A stretch of 64,000 bases of DNA from Azolla caroliniana (Eukaryota > Plantae > Polypodiophyta): positions 6,076,001 through 6,140,000 of the forward strand of contig JBHGNT010000016.1 of NCBI GenBank assembly GCA_043228905.1. Direction: 5' to 3'. Both the position numbers and the translations under genes were made by a program. The notes beneath the pieces were generated by a model, which was not told the origin of the DNA, did not search any database, and saw nothing but the letters and a program-made list of their open reading frames with translations. Positions 37,021 through 50,079 of the stretch are shown here, one piece after another (position 1 is the first letter of the stretch; the number at the start of each line of letters is the position of its first letter).

Positions 37021-39475
37021 TTTTAAATTTGGTCTTAGAACTTAGAAGACATAATATATCTTTCTTTCTTTTTCTAAGGTGTGAGTGCATGGGTGGGTGG
37101 ACTACCATTGTGAGCTACTCTCATATGTAATAGGAAGTTTGTTTTCATGTATACATATTTGTGATTGGAACTCTATCGCCAATCTAATTGATTCTCATTA
37201 TTTTTAATAATATGTTCATCACATTGCACCTACTATCTATTTATATTCATGCTAAGTATGCTCTATTGTTACTACTATGGTATAATGTATGTTAATTAAA
37301 GATTTTAGTGCATTGTATCCACGATGATCAATATCATTATTTGTCCTAGACGTTACGAAGTGCATGAATATAGTTCACAATACCTAGAAAAGAATGGAAC
37401 TTTGGGTTTAAAGTAGTGATTTCATTTCTCATGGATTACATATATCCTCTTGGAAAAATGTTATAGAAAATTTTAAATTCTATTTGATTATGATCAGCTT
37501 AAAGATCATCATGGATTGTATTCTGAAAGGTTAAAGCAAACCAGAAATAATATTTTATTATTATAAATTTAAAAGACTAATTTTCTTGGATTTGATGGTG
37601 ATATAACATCAATAGTTTCTTGTTATTCAATGCTTTCAATCATGCATATATTTTTTGGTCTAGTGGCATATAATTCTTTCACTTTGCAATAATGTCTAGT
37701 GTAATGAAATATCTCATTCCTTTGCAAGTCTTCAAGGCTTGCATTAATGCACATACTTCAGGATATGGTATTGCATTAACTAGAGCCTTGTGTTATAGAT
37801 TTCTACACAAACAAAAAGTTACATTAGAAATCCATTGAGAATTGTCGAATTGTTATAGGATTGTATTACTCAGAAGCCTACATGACATAAATTGGTATTG
37901 CAAAAGTTTAAAAACATATAAAAAGAAAGCAGTACTCAATCACGGTAAAACTGGTTACATTCTTGCTGATTACAATTCTCACAGGGTATAAAGTTGGCTC
38001 CATCTTCTCAATTTATACAATTTTGAATGCTCACAAGATATTAAGTTGGCTACATTCTTGCTGATTTCAATTTATTGACCTCTTCTGGGATCATAAATTC
38101 TTTCTTTATATGAAGTTAATTACATACTGCCAATTTATACATTTCATGAAACCTCACAAGGTTCAAAATTGGTTACGTTCTCAGTGATTACAATTCATTC
38201 ACCTCTCTTCTGAGACCATCAATTCTTTCTACTATCAATATCCTTGTGAGGGTGCAGACGATTACATATTATAGCAATCCAACCTGTGGGATGCTCAATA
38301 ACTCTCTGCAAGATCCAACAGGAACACATTGTAGTGTTGTAATATTACATTGAAAAGTCATACATTTTGCATGCTAAATAAGAGACTACAATATCTTTAG
38401 TAGGGATATTCAATGTCTACATACACTGCAATTAGGACTGGTGTTTCCTAAAATTCAAATACTTGGGGATTGAGATTTTGCCAGACCAGATGATGATGCT
38501 ATTGATTGCGTAAGGAATGCAAAATGAGTTAGATATTACCATTTTGGAATGATTATAATCTACAACCATTGTTGTATAAAGAGCTGGAAGGTGAACTTTG
38601 TTGTGTAGCATCTGCATAATGGAATAAAATTGAGAAAATGAGAATGCTTTATCGAGACAACATTTAGAAAAGGAAGCTTTGAGAGGAGGTTTTGATGTCA
38701 GTAGAGCATCACATTCGTGAGAATCACAGACTGAACATAAGATTAATAGAGAAGTATCTATCCCTCCATTTGATTTAAACCCCTGATTGAATATGAGTGC
38801 ATCACTTGTCGTGGTTCATGATACATTTACTAGAACAAATTTGGCCACTTCTTAGTAAGGGGAAAGTACCTTAATTTTTTTTACAAGTGGCAGCCTTTCT
38901 TATAACATTTTCACCATCTTCTGAAACAAATGGTGGGAGAACAAGGAGGTATCAGAATTGTCACTCACCTCCCTTAATGACTTGCGCAGAGATCATGGTT
39001 CCCATCTCATCCCTTGAAGTGTGAATTTTCAATCCAAATATGACATTATACAACCTTCATTTCAATCCTCTTAAGGACTTGCTATAGGTTTCGTGTATGT
39101 CTTCTGCTGGCAACAAAGTGAGAGCATCAACTTAGTCTTTGGAAATTAATATCAAAATACATTGTCACTAGGACTGCAGCAGAGTCTACATTTACTCCCA
39201 CCCAGAAAATCAGCAACTCAGAACTTGAGAACAGACTTATTCCACAGCTGATGCAGGCACAATCCTTCCATAATGTCTCCGATATCAGTTGCATCTCCAA
39301 TTTTCCCTTGGTCTTGCAGTTCGTTGACTCTCTGATGGGTCTTGATTCCTCATAATCCAAACTTGCAGAGACCACAATCTGGGACAGGACCGAGCATCCA
39401 ATTCTTCAGCTTCTCCTCTCAACTCCAGACCACATTCCATGAGCCAAATGGTTTTCAATGTTTTGAAAAAACATT

Positions 39476-41836
39476 TTAACTCGTATCGACCCATGCATTA
39501 TTGCTTGGTTTCTTCCAATGAGCATGTTTCTGCCTCACAGCTTCAAGTATTAGTGCACCCTCTTCTATTCCTGCAGCTGCATAAATATTAGACATAAGTA
39601 TGTAAGCCGCAGCGCAACTATTATCTAGTCGGATTGCTTGATCAAAAGCCAATCCTCCCAGCTTCACGTTTCCCCATTTTCTACAAGCAGCCAGTAAAGC
39701 AAGCCAAACTGGAAGATGATCACATGATGGAATTGAATTGATGAATGACATAGCTTGGTCAAAGTGCCCCCCACGTCCGAAATTAACAACCATGCATGTA
39801 TGGTGCTCCAAATTCTGTAAAACTCCATATTTTCTGCTCATATTTCTAAAATAAATTTGGGCTTCATCAAATAAGCCTGAGTGACTACATGCATTTAGAA
39901 CACACAACAAGGTGACTGCATCCGGGGAAAAACCCTCGTCTCGCATCCGCTCGAAACATTTGAATGCTTCATAAGCTTTCCCCCTCTGAGCATAGCCCGC
40001 AATAACTGCAGACCAAGAGACTATGTTTCGAGTAGGAAGTTCTTTAAGTACTTCCTCAGCTTTTGCAAGCGCTCCGCATTTTGCATACATACCCACCAAT
40101 GCGTTACCTAGCACAATATCTTTATCCAGCAAGCCCATGTGAACAATCTCATCATGAATTTCTTTGCCCTTGTCAATAGCACCTATACAGCTACAAGCCT
40201 TCAAGATGCAAGCAAAGGTGATCATGTCTGGCAAGATGCCCTCACCTTTCAATCGTTCAAAACAATTCAGTGCTTCATGACCCCGTCCCTGCTGGGCATA
40301 GCCTGCAATTAATGCAGACCAGGAGACAACATCCCGAACACACAGATGATCATGCACTCGTTGTGCTTTTGCAAGCAGACCACATTTAACATACATATCC
40401 ACTAAAGCATTGCCAACCACAGAATTGTTTTCTAAAAAACCCCTATTAATAATCTCACTATGAATTTGTTTGCCCTTGTCAATGGCTCCTATACTGCCAC
40501 ATGCTTTCAAGATGCATGTCAATGTTACCACATGTGGAGACAGGCATTCTCCTTTCATACGCTCAAAACAGTTCAATGCTTCATGACCTTGATGCAATTG
40601 GACATATCCCGCAATAAGTGCAGACCATGAGATCATATCTCGAACATGAATCTTTTCAAGCGCTTCATGAGCTTTTACAACTTCACCACATTTTGCATAC
40701 ATATCAACCAGAGCATTGCCAAGAACAATGTACCTTCCTAACAAACCCCGTCTAGCAACCTCATCATGAATTTGTGCACCCTTTTCTATAGATCCTGTGC
40801 TACTACAAGCCTTCAAAGCGTAAGTGAAAGTTACCACGTCAGGGGCAATGCCATCCTCTTTCATCTGTTCAAAACATTTTAGTGCTTCATGACCTAACCC
40901 AAGTTGGGTATATCCTCCAATTAGTGAAGACCAAGAAACAATGTCCCTAACGGGAAGCTCATTGAGCACTTGCTGTGCTTTTCCAAGCACACCGCATTTT
41001 GCATACATGTCCACTAAAGCATTACCAAGGACAACACTGTTCGACAGTAATCCCTTCCTAATAATCTCATCATGAAATTTTATACCCTTACCAATATTCC
41101 TTGTGCTGCCACATGCCTTCAAGATGCAAGTAAAAGTAATGGCATCGGGAGATAAGCCCTCACTATGCATACGCTCAAAACATTTCAGTGCTTCATGACC
41201 ATGCCCTTTTTGAGTGTACCCAGAAATTAGTGCAGACCAAGAAAATATGTCTCTGACAGGAAGATCTTCAAGAACTTGTCGTGCTTTTGCAAGCTCATTA
41301 CACTTTGCATACATATCCACCAAAGCATTACCAAGCACAATGTTTTTCTGTAGAAAGCCCCTTCGAACAATCTCACCATGTATTTGTTTCCCTTTATCAA
41401 TACATTTCATAGTTCCGCAGGCCTTCAGGACGCTAACATAAGTGATTGAATTGGGAGACACACCAACCTTTTGCATCTTCTCAAAACAGTTTAGAGCTTC
41501 ATGGCCTTGCCTACATTGGGTATATCCTGCAATTAATGCATTCCAAGATACTATACTTGGGACTGCAAGCTGGTCATGCAATATTTGAGCTTTTCCAATT
41601 GCACCACATTTAGAATACATACTGATTAAAGAGCTAGCAAGATCAGACCTCTTTTCCAACAAACCCTTTTTTAGAATGTCAGCATGCAATTGACCTCCTT
41701 TATCCAGATCTTTCCTCTTAGCACAAGCTTTGAGTAGGGCTACAAAGTCAAAAGCTTCATTTTTTACATCCATTGTCAATGCTCCCCACATTCTTTTCTT
41801 CAAACTCCTTCGTTGATAACTAATAGCTCTTCTCAT
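39476..41836 (-). CDS. PLS-class pentatricopeptide repeat protein, E subgroup without DYW (putative organellar RNA-editing specificity factor)
   Basis: The uninterrupted ORF has about six P-L-S triplets (VSWSALIAGYAQ / TFTCILKAC / GNALVDMYAKCG), then P2-L2-S2 and E motifs (VWLALLAACRKWGNV, AYILMSNIYAAAG), ending at the PG-box-like KKPSNNAWV. The first in-frame ATG is at 41836; upstream exons are possible. Confidence 0.93.
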   Translation of the reverse strand: MRRAISYQRRSLKKRMWGALTMDVKNEAFDFVALLKACAKRKDLDKGGQLHADILKKGLLEKRSDLASSLISMYSKCGAIGKAQILHDQLAVPSIVSWNALIAGYTQCRQGHEALNCFEKMQKVGVSPNSITYVSVLKACGTMKCIDKGKQIHGEIVRRGFLQKNIVLGNALVDMYAKCNELAKARQVLEDLPVRDIFSWSALISGYTQKGHGHEALKCFERMHSEGLSPDAITFTCILKACGSTRNIGKGIKFHDEIIRKGLLSNSVVLGNALVDMYAKCGVLGKAQQVLNELPVRDIVSWSSLIGGYTQLGLGHEALKCFEQMKEDGIAPDVVTFTYALKACSSTGSIEKGAQIHDEVARRGLLGRYIVLGNALVDMYAKCGEVVKAHEALEKIHVRDMISWSALIAGYVQLHQGHEALNCFERMKGECLSPHVVTLTCILKACGSIGAIDKGKQIHSEIINRGFLENNSVVGNALVDMYVKCGLLAKAQRVHDHLCVRDVVSWSALIAGYAQQGRGHEALNCFERLKGEGILPDMITFACILKACSCIGAIDKGKEIHDEIVHMGLLDKDIVLGNALVGMYAKCGALAKAEEVLKELPTRNIVSWSAVIAGYAQRGKAYEAFKCFERMRDEGFSPDAVTLLCVLNACSHSGLFDEAQIYFRNMSRKYGVLQNLEHHTCMVVNFGRGGHFDQAMSFINSIPSCDHLPVWLALLAACRKWGNVKLGGLAFDQAIRLDNSCAAAYILMSNIYAAAGIEEGALILEAVRQKHAHWKKPSNNAWVDTS

Positions 41837-44458
41837 CAACTCTTGTTGAGCCCCAGAAATTGTTGAGTAGCTCTACATCTAGATAGACCCTACAATCTCA
41901 CGATTTAGAGAGTATTCTATGCAAACAAAACACACAATCCACTCAAAAACACATTTCTTTATTACTTGCTTTGATGGGTTAAATTTTGCAATAGTCTTTT
42001 AGAAGTGTTATTACTTCTTTAGGTCTTATTGACCATTATGGTCTTTTAGAAGTGTTATCTTTCTTTCTTTCTCTCAACCAAGATATAACGAAGGGGTTAC
42101 AATAGATCAGGCAATAGCAATTTGTCATGCATGTAGGCCCCAGCCTCATGGACCACAATCTCACCACCCATGTCATCGATGGATGAAGGCCATTTATCTC
42201 CCGCCATCACAGGTCCTTCCCTCAATTCAGAGAACTTTCAATTCCAGATCGACATATGCTAGAGATCTTTCGAAGACAAAAGTTACAATATATCTGACTT
42301 GAGAACTTACATGTGCCGATAACAAGATTCTTTAGTCTCTTTTTATTTTACTTGCTTTTATGTTTACTTAGTAGCATTTATTTTGTTTTGATTTGTTGTT
42401 CGCAAAGACGAGATCCAATTTACGATGTAATCTCTTGTTTGGTCTTATATAGGTCATTTTGGCCTCTTAAAAGACGCTAATACATCATTCTTTCTTTTCT
42501 CACTCTGCCTTCACATATGCAGTTGAAACCTTTATTTGGTCTCAATGGCAAGTATGGTCTTTTAGAGAAGAGTTTCACTCTTTTGAGTTCAACCCAAGGA
42601 AGATGCCAAAAGGAACAGAAGGTTTTAGAAGGGTTTCACAATAATGGATCATATTTTGACTTTGAGACCTATCGTTGACAGTGGTGAAGAACCTAGTAGG
42701 ACTTTTGGTTGCTTAAAACCTGCACCACATACTCAAATTTGCCATAAGGGTACGGTCATTGAGGGGGATTCAAAGCAAAGGGCATAGGTTAGGGAAAGTT
42801 ACATTCCTATCGCAAAGAATCCAGTGTTCCATTGCCGGACCAAGCATATTTGAGATCCAATACCAGTTCATATGACAACTCACTTCCGATGAGAAAGTGA
42901 AGTTGGAATATTGTTCTTTAGTGGACAACTGCGTGCATCTCTTTTTGAAGGCCCTATGCATTTACTGGATTACAAAGCTAATGTGGAGTATCTGAGCAGG
43001 ATGATGCATGAATTTGGCCTACCAAGTGTGGTAGGATTTCAGGCAACCCAACAATAAAACAGAATCCAAAAGAATCGGATGATGCAGTTAGTGTCGATAA
43101 ACTTGTTGACGGGAGTTCTGATGCGTACAAGAGTCAACTACTCTCTTGCTTCATGGTCAATGAAGAGAGTGGTTATGTTAAGGTGTTAGCTGTTAGGGTT
43201 AACAGCTTAATGTATAATAGGAACCTTAGCGAGGGCACTAAGGTTAGTTCTTCCCTACAAGCCACTGAATTGCGTCTATATATGCCCACTTTGAAGCACC
43301 TGACCATAGAGCCCCCATTTTACCAATCTTCTGTTGTACTCATGCTTTGATGCTCTGATAATCATAAACACTGTCTTCTGCATAATTTCTTTGCATTCAT
43401 TAACTTAGTTACTCTCTATTTTCCAAGCAATAGGTAATATATACTTTTATTTACAATATAAACACTTCAGTTGTGCATTAATTGTGGAGTTTAGCGACGC
43501 ACCTTTGCCAATACTGCTTGTTTCAACACCAGCAATTTGATCATCTTTTGGTATAGAGGTTTTTACAATCATATTGTGTGCATTTTACAGTTTTCTAATA
43601 TGAATTTTGCATGTCTACAGGAGTAAAGTTAATGTGAGATGAAAAGAACAATCTTTCATGGGCAGCTGGTTTCAATGTCTTTTGCATGAATATTCACATG
43701 AAAAAATCACTTTTCATCCTCAAAATATGTGCAAACAAGAGTCCACTTCAAAAGCACATGTTTTTTCCACCAAAAGAAAGCATGTTCTGGCCTTATAATT
43801 CAATTATTCATTTGGTTTTTCAAACTTCATCCGCGAATATTCATTGGAGTGCAATCACTCCTCTAAAGAGAATTAGGTTCTCGTTAGTCAACATAGCCAA
43901 AGGTCTAGGTAGCAAGAAAAGCAGTTTCGATGAGAATGTATTGGTGTCATGGAAAAGAGAACATTTTCAAGGTCCGAGTTTCAAGCACATCAATTACAAT
44001 GAGCATTGAGCTGAGCGCAGTCCAGATCTTGTTGAACAACATTTTGTAATGTCTCGGTTTCATTTAGTACAAGCACACCAGTTCCAATGAGAGACTATGT
44101 GTTCTAATAGAAAACTTGTTACTTCCGATCTTTCCAAAGGACTCCATGGTTGGGAATTCAGTCGATTTACTGAAATGGAAGGAAGACACGAGCAGAATTG
44201 GCACACAACAACAGCATGAGAGAAAAAGATGTAGGAACAAACTGTGTGCCAAAATCTGGACCACTCCAAACCTAACCGAAACGTATGAGCAAAACAAGCA
44301 AACTCAAACTCTGTATCATCCGAAAATCTGAATCCCTTTAAAGAACGGAGACACATGAGGGAGAGATCCGGACGTTACCTGCGTATGCGCGAACCCTAAA
44401 GCGCGCCATAGCCAAGGCCATGGATGACCTAAGTTCTCACACGGGAGGGGTCTTCTTC

Positions 44459-45260
44459 TGGTCTTCATGGTTTCTTGCGTTTCTGCTTTTTGCTTTTTGC
44501 TTTTTGCTTTTTGCTTTTTAAGAACCTTACAGTAGATTTCTTTTTTAATTCTCTTTTTTTGCCTTTTGCCTTTTGCTTTTTAAGAAACATTTTCAGTAAA
44601 TGTTCCCCTTGTCAATAAGTATTTTCCATGCTTTCTTGCCTTTTGCTTTTTGCTTTTTGCTTTTTAAGAACCTTCCAGTAGATTTCTTTTTTAATTCTCT
44701 TTTTTAGCCTTTTGCTTTTTAAGAAACATTTTCACTAATGTTCCCCTTGTCAATATGTATTTTCCATGCTTTCTTGCCTTTTGCTTTTTGCTTTTTGCTT
44801 CTTGTTTCTTTTGCTTTTTGCTTTTTAAAAACATTCTAATAATATTTCTCTACCGCATGATTTGCCTCTCTCTCTGACTCTCTCTCCATTAATGCATAAC
44901 TCACTCCCTAATCAGAACCCTATAACAATGAAATCGCCTCCTGGTCTTCATGTTTCCTTGCGTTTCTACTTTTTTCGCCTTTTGCTTTTTGCTTTTCGAA
45001 AACCTTCCAGTCGTATTCCTTTCTAAATGCTCTTTTTAGCTTTTTGCCTTTTGCGTTTTGCTTTTTACGAAACATTTTTTCTTAGTAATGTTGCCATTCT
45101 CAATATTTTCCATGCTTTCTTGCTTTTTGTCTTTTACTTTTTGCTTTTTAAGAACATTCTAGTAATATTTCCTTGCCGAATGAATTGCCACTCTCTCTAT
45201 CTCTCTAGATTAATGCATCGCTCACTGCTTAATCAGAATCCTAACGATGAAAGTACCAGC
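44459..45260. repeat. Nested tandem repeat array built on (TTTTGC)n, with ~120-150-bp subunits inside larger duplicated blocks
   Basis: tggtcttcatg..ttgcgtttct at 44459 and 44942, repeated aatgttccccttgtcaat..ttttccatgctttcttgc units, and taatcagaa.ccta at 44908 and 45230. Confidence 0.8.
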
Positions 45261-45973
45261 TTTTGAGTCCGACCTCGACCCCGCTACAAAACGTTCACCA
45301 CCCTCTAATAGGAGGTTCTAGATCTATCCCATTGTCTGATCATGCAGCAAGTAGAGGCTTGATCGTCCAATATCTTGCAAACACTTCTCTACAGATTGCT
45401 TACTCTTCATTCCCATCTACCTTCATCTTTGATCTTCATTTCCATGGGCCCTTGACCATAAATACGTTATATTTCAACATACATGTTTGTTGTATGTGCC
45501 TCGTAAATCTCTTCTCAACACACACACTTAGATTTTGGTGCATGTAAATATAAGGCCGTTGAGTTCACTACATTTGATAGGGTTGACCATAAATATGTTG
45601 TATTTCAAAACACACGTTTGTTAATACGCCTTTTGAATCGTTGGTTTGTTGAGGACTATGGTTACCAACAACATTGTTATATACAATGCTAATCCTCATA
45701 ACATTCCTTGGTGAAAATGACAAACAAAATAAGAGTTCAAACCAATTACATTCCAAGAGTTATCAATCAATATGACTAATTGCTGGAAATCTTGAATGGA
45801 TAGAATTCAAATCTACACCTAATTATCTACATGAATCAGTAGTAGGCAATAGTGGGAAGTTGGCCTTTCTTTGTGGGAGGGTATATAAGTTTTTAATGGT
45901 CAGAGGTTGAATGGTTAATTAGTGTAAAAAATCGTGGTGATTCAGTGTAGTGGAATAGGTTAAAGATATGTGT

Positions 45974-46037
<64 letters not shown>

Positions 46038-48541
46038 AACACAAGATAGATGAAAAATAGAAATACTCAAGAAAACTTTATATTACAAACGAAATTAACC
46101 GGCACATTACAAAGTAGGAGGGTGCTTTATCTAGTCACCCTCTCTCTTCATTAACTACCGAAGCTCACCGGTCATGGGGAATGTGGAAACTCATTAGTTA
46201 TATGTCATAGAATATGATTCGCTGACACATAGTTAATGTGTAGAGAGTGGTGGTGACTTTTGACCTTTGAGTGCTCATAGGTTCTCAAAAGTGTGTTCAC
46301 ACACTAGTTTAGGTTGAGCTTGATTCTCAACAATTAGAAACCATTGGCAAATCTATGCTCCTCATGCATGTGTGAATCCTACATCTTTAACGCTATTTAC
46401 CATCAAAAAATCCTCTTGTTTTCTATTCAGGATCACGTCATTTCAAATTTTATACTCCCACATGAATGAAGGAACATAGTGTTTCCTAATCTATATTATG
46501 CTTCTCTAGTAATGAAAAAAAATTGTTTATTCAATTGGCGATTTTATTGCAAGAGTTATTCAAGCAATCAACAATGCACATGAGAATGAGTAGGTGGCTC
46601 AATAAAGTGAAATTGCTTGCCTGCTTCAATATGTCATGCCATATTCTCCATGCTATTCGACCATTGTTGCACTTCACCTTGAAAAGAAAAGAAGTGAATT
46701 TTCTTACTCTTGTTGATCAATCACCTAATGGTTGTTTTTTGTGGTTTCCATACCCTTCGGATTCATAATGTGTCCATGAGATTAATATAATTGCAATGCC
46801 AAGGATCAACCTTACATTGCTCAAGATGTATGCCAGTTTCCTCAACGTACCCACTCATCTTGTATCGCATGCTTCTCCGAATTGGAATCATAGTGTACGC
46901 AACTTTGGTTCTAGAAGTGGCACTCGAAGATGAGATATTTGTCATGTTGAAGGAAAGAGGAGACAAGAGACAATAAAGTAGAAAGGACAAAGAGAATTGA
47001 AATGGGGGTCAGCAACTTCGGTGCAACTCCTAGGACCGTACCTTAAAATTGACTATGCTGTGAGGTTCATTAAACATATTAAAGTATCGTGAGTAGTGAA
47101 AGCAAAAACCCAAGAAAGAATACATGGTTATTGACACGATAGAGGAGCAACCATTTCACTTTCAACACATTCACACGACAATTAATTGCTATAATATATG
47201 GGGGAGACCTTTCTATTCTTTACACGTGAGTGATTGCTTTTTAGAGGGGATGGCAATTCTCTTAGGACGAATAACCTTAAATGAAAGCTTTTATGTCACT
47301 ATCAATTGTATTAGTGACACCCTGCACCTCCATATCAAGGAGAAAAATCATTGAGTTCCCACTAAACCTCCGAATCACCGAAAAAATCATTTAGTGACCA
47401 GCATTCCACCATGGAATGCTATTTTGATCTAAACATTGTTACAATTCCTTATCGCCCATAGAATTCAAATCACCACTCTAGAAACCGTATATTTCCGAAA
47501 GAAACGTGCAAGAATATAAGACACACAATGTCCCAACACTCAAATGTATACGAACAAAGCACTAAACTGTTACAACGTATTTGCTTGAATCTTGAAAATA
47601 TGTAGTCAACATTACAAATATGGGTATTAAAACAACAACTAAACTTTTGGCAGAGGTTTAGGGTGTAGAGTTATTGGGTGCCAAAAAAACCAGCCACAAT
47701 TTGTATGGATTTGGAATGTATAAAGAAAAGAAAATATCACAAAGCCGTAAACCCCAAAAGCACTAACTTTTGAAGATACAAGTAGTAAGCATCAGGTCGG
47801 ATCAACTCAATGCCTTTCTCTCATAAAAGAGTATATCCATGCTTTGACCTTTTAAATATGAGCACACATTATATAAGGTTCTGTACAATAAAAAAAAGTA
47901 ACATGTTCCATAGCTATTCCTTCTTTGATTACTATCAATTCTGACTAATTACATTTTGTGCTTAATGTATGTATGCATGTATTATGTATATGCAATAATG
48001 TATGCATGTATTATGTATATGTAAGTATATAATCATGCATGTATATAATTCTGCAGTAGGATTACATGGACTATATGTAAGAATAGAAGAACAGAAACAA
48101 TGCATATGTGTATTGCAAGGAGAAAAAGGATAATCTCCATCTATCCATCTACAAAAACAGAGCAAATGCATGCTTGTACTTCCTTAATTTCACAGTTTGC
48201 AGACAGAAAACAGAAGAATCCCCTTCAATAAACCATGCACAAAATGTGGCTATGGATCATCAATTGGGCACCACCATTTCATTCAGACAAGGGAGAAGAA
48301 GAAGAAGAAGAAGAAGAAGAAGAAGATAGAGAACAGGGAAACATAAGATACTTATTTTATTTCAGGAGAGTATCTACTGTAACCTGCAAACGTACATGGG
48401 CCACTCATCGTAGCACAAAAACGAAGAAGAAAAAAAAAACACAGAAGTAACTAAACCCTAATTCGTTCGTTGTAGGACGCTGTCAACAGATAAATAAAAA
48501 CGGCAATCCAATCCAATCCTTTCCACCCATGGTCCTGCATT

Positions 48542-49241
48542 TCAAGCCCTGCAATTCAAAGACAGAGAAACCCAAAAAAAAAGTGGCATCGTCAGGTGAA
48601 TTTGCAAAAAAAAATAAAAAAAATCGAAGAATCAACAAGAAGATTTCTCTGCAGAAAATACAAAAAATAAAATTAAAATTAAAATCGAAGCATTAACAGG
48701 AAGATTTCTCTGCAGAAATCGAAGGTTTGTATGATTCGATGAATCACAGCAGGAAAAGCATGTGATGAGCAAGACGGACATGGTGTGGTGATGGCAGGTG
48801 GGGGGGGGGGGGGAATGCCAGTAATGGTGGCTTTGATTCTGATACATTGGAATGGCTATGGAAGTACCTGGAGCAGTCGGTGGTGGGGGTGATCTTGAGG
48901 CCGAGGGGTATGCTGCAGGACTGCGGCAGGGAAGAGGCGCGCTGAGGGTTCAATCCAGGGATGGATTGTGCATTCTGCTTGATGCACCTGCAGACTGCGG
49001 CCCTCACAGGCCCCTTCGACTGAGCGTTGAGCGACCTCACGTTGGCACAGCACTGCGGCGATGGCGATTGTCCGTTCCCCAGCAGGTAGCCGAAGCATGG
49101 CACGAAGTACTTGTTCACGTTGTTGCAGTCCACGTTCACCGCATCCGCCTGCAGCCCACCCTTGCCGGCCATGGCTAGCAGCAGCACCGCCATAGCCAGT
49201 GCAGTGATCTTCAGCATCGCAGGGAAAGAAGAAGAAGCCAT
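48542..49241 (-). CDS. Type-1 non-specific lipid transfer protein, ~126 aa; exons 48868-49241 and 48542-48548
   Basis: Signal peptide plus the 8-Cys motif C-X9-C-X14-CC-X18-CXC-X22-C-X13-C. The intron donor lies 5 nt after the last Cys codon. The acceptor tttgaattgcag gives ...DCSRA*; the position of this tiny exon 2 is less certain. Confidence 0.92.
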
Positions 49242-49486
49242 GGCAGCTCTGCTCCGCCGAACGAGTTCTCGTTAGTTCTCCTCTCTGGAACGTTCCTTCC
49301 TTCTGCAAAGATTTGGCCCTCTCCTCTGTCTTCTTTCTTTCTTTCTTTCTTCTACTCGACTCTCTCTCCCTCTCTCTCTCAAACTCACACACAAAAACGC
49401 AAACCCTAAAATGCTGGCTTCTACTGATGCTCTCTGCTCTGAGCTTCTTTCTCCATAGCCGCACCTTGAGTGGGGGGAGGGGGGGC

Positions 49487-49494
49487 TTTATATA
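49487..49494 (-). promoter_or_regulatory. TATA box of the nsLTP gene
   Basis: CCTATATAAAG on the minus strand, about 250 bp upstream of the ATG. Confidence 0.6.
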
Positions 49495-49726
49495 GGCACT
49501 GGCAGACAGACCTGGTGCGGGTGTAAAATTTTCTTCTCTTTTCTCTGTCTTTTCTTTGACAGAGAGAGCGTCTGGAGCAGGAGCAGGAGCCATCTTTTTC
49601 CATAACTTTCATTTTCTTTGGTTTTGACGTGCATTCAATGGAAAAAGGAATCGCAGAGTTCCCATGGCCCCCGCCATGCCATGCTCTGATCTTCCTTTTG
49701 TCTGCTTCTCTCCATCTTCATTTATG

Positions 49727-49757
<31 letters not shown>

Positions 49758-49801
49758 TTCTCTGTGACTCTGTTTCTCTGCCATTAGGGCATTCAAAAAA
49801 G

Positions 49802-49848
<47 letters not shown>

Positions 49849-49977
49849 TGTCTTCTCACACCATTTGTCTCCCTGCAGGATCTCTGCAGTATGTATGTAC
49901 TGCAGCAGAGTGTGTGCAGAGGAAGAGGAAGGGAAGGGTCCCATTGTGTCCTTTCTGGAGACAGACAGACAGAAGAC

Positions 49978-50024
<47 letters not shown>

Positions 50025-50034
50025 CCTAGATGGA

Positions 50035-50063
50035 TTTAGGTTTAGGGTTTAGGGTTTAGGGTT
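50035..50063 (+). repeat. Short interstitial plant telomere-type repeat (TTTAGGG)n
   Basis: tttagg tttaggg tttaggg tttaggg tt, a few bases after a (GA)n tract. Confidence 0.8.
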
Positions 50064-50079
50064 GCCCACCGGAGACCAA

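Noticed and set aside
37900-38250. Three or four diverged ggttacattcttgctgattacaattc repeats as an LRR-gene remnant
   Set aside because: No open frame or LRR consensus was recoverable; treated as an old local duplication.
46034-46332. Possible small solo LTR on the minus strand (starts TGTTGAG)
   Set aside because: The other terminus and a TSD could not be identified.
46700-47420. Possible decayed transposase fragments (also 53300-54300)
   Set aside because: The texture is coding-like, but no motif could be assigned with confidence without a search.
48856-49593. 245-aa ORF overlapping the nsLTP in another frame
   Set aside because: A shadow ORF from GC-rich coding sequence and GA microsatellites; no recognisable domain.
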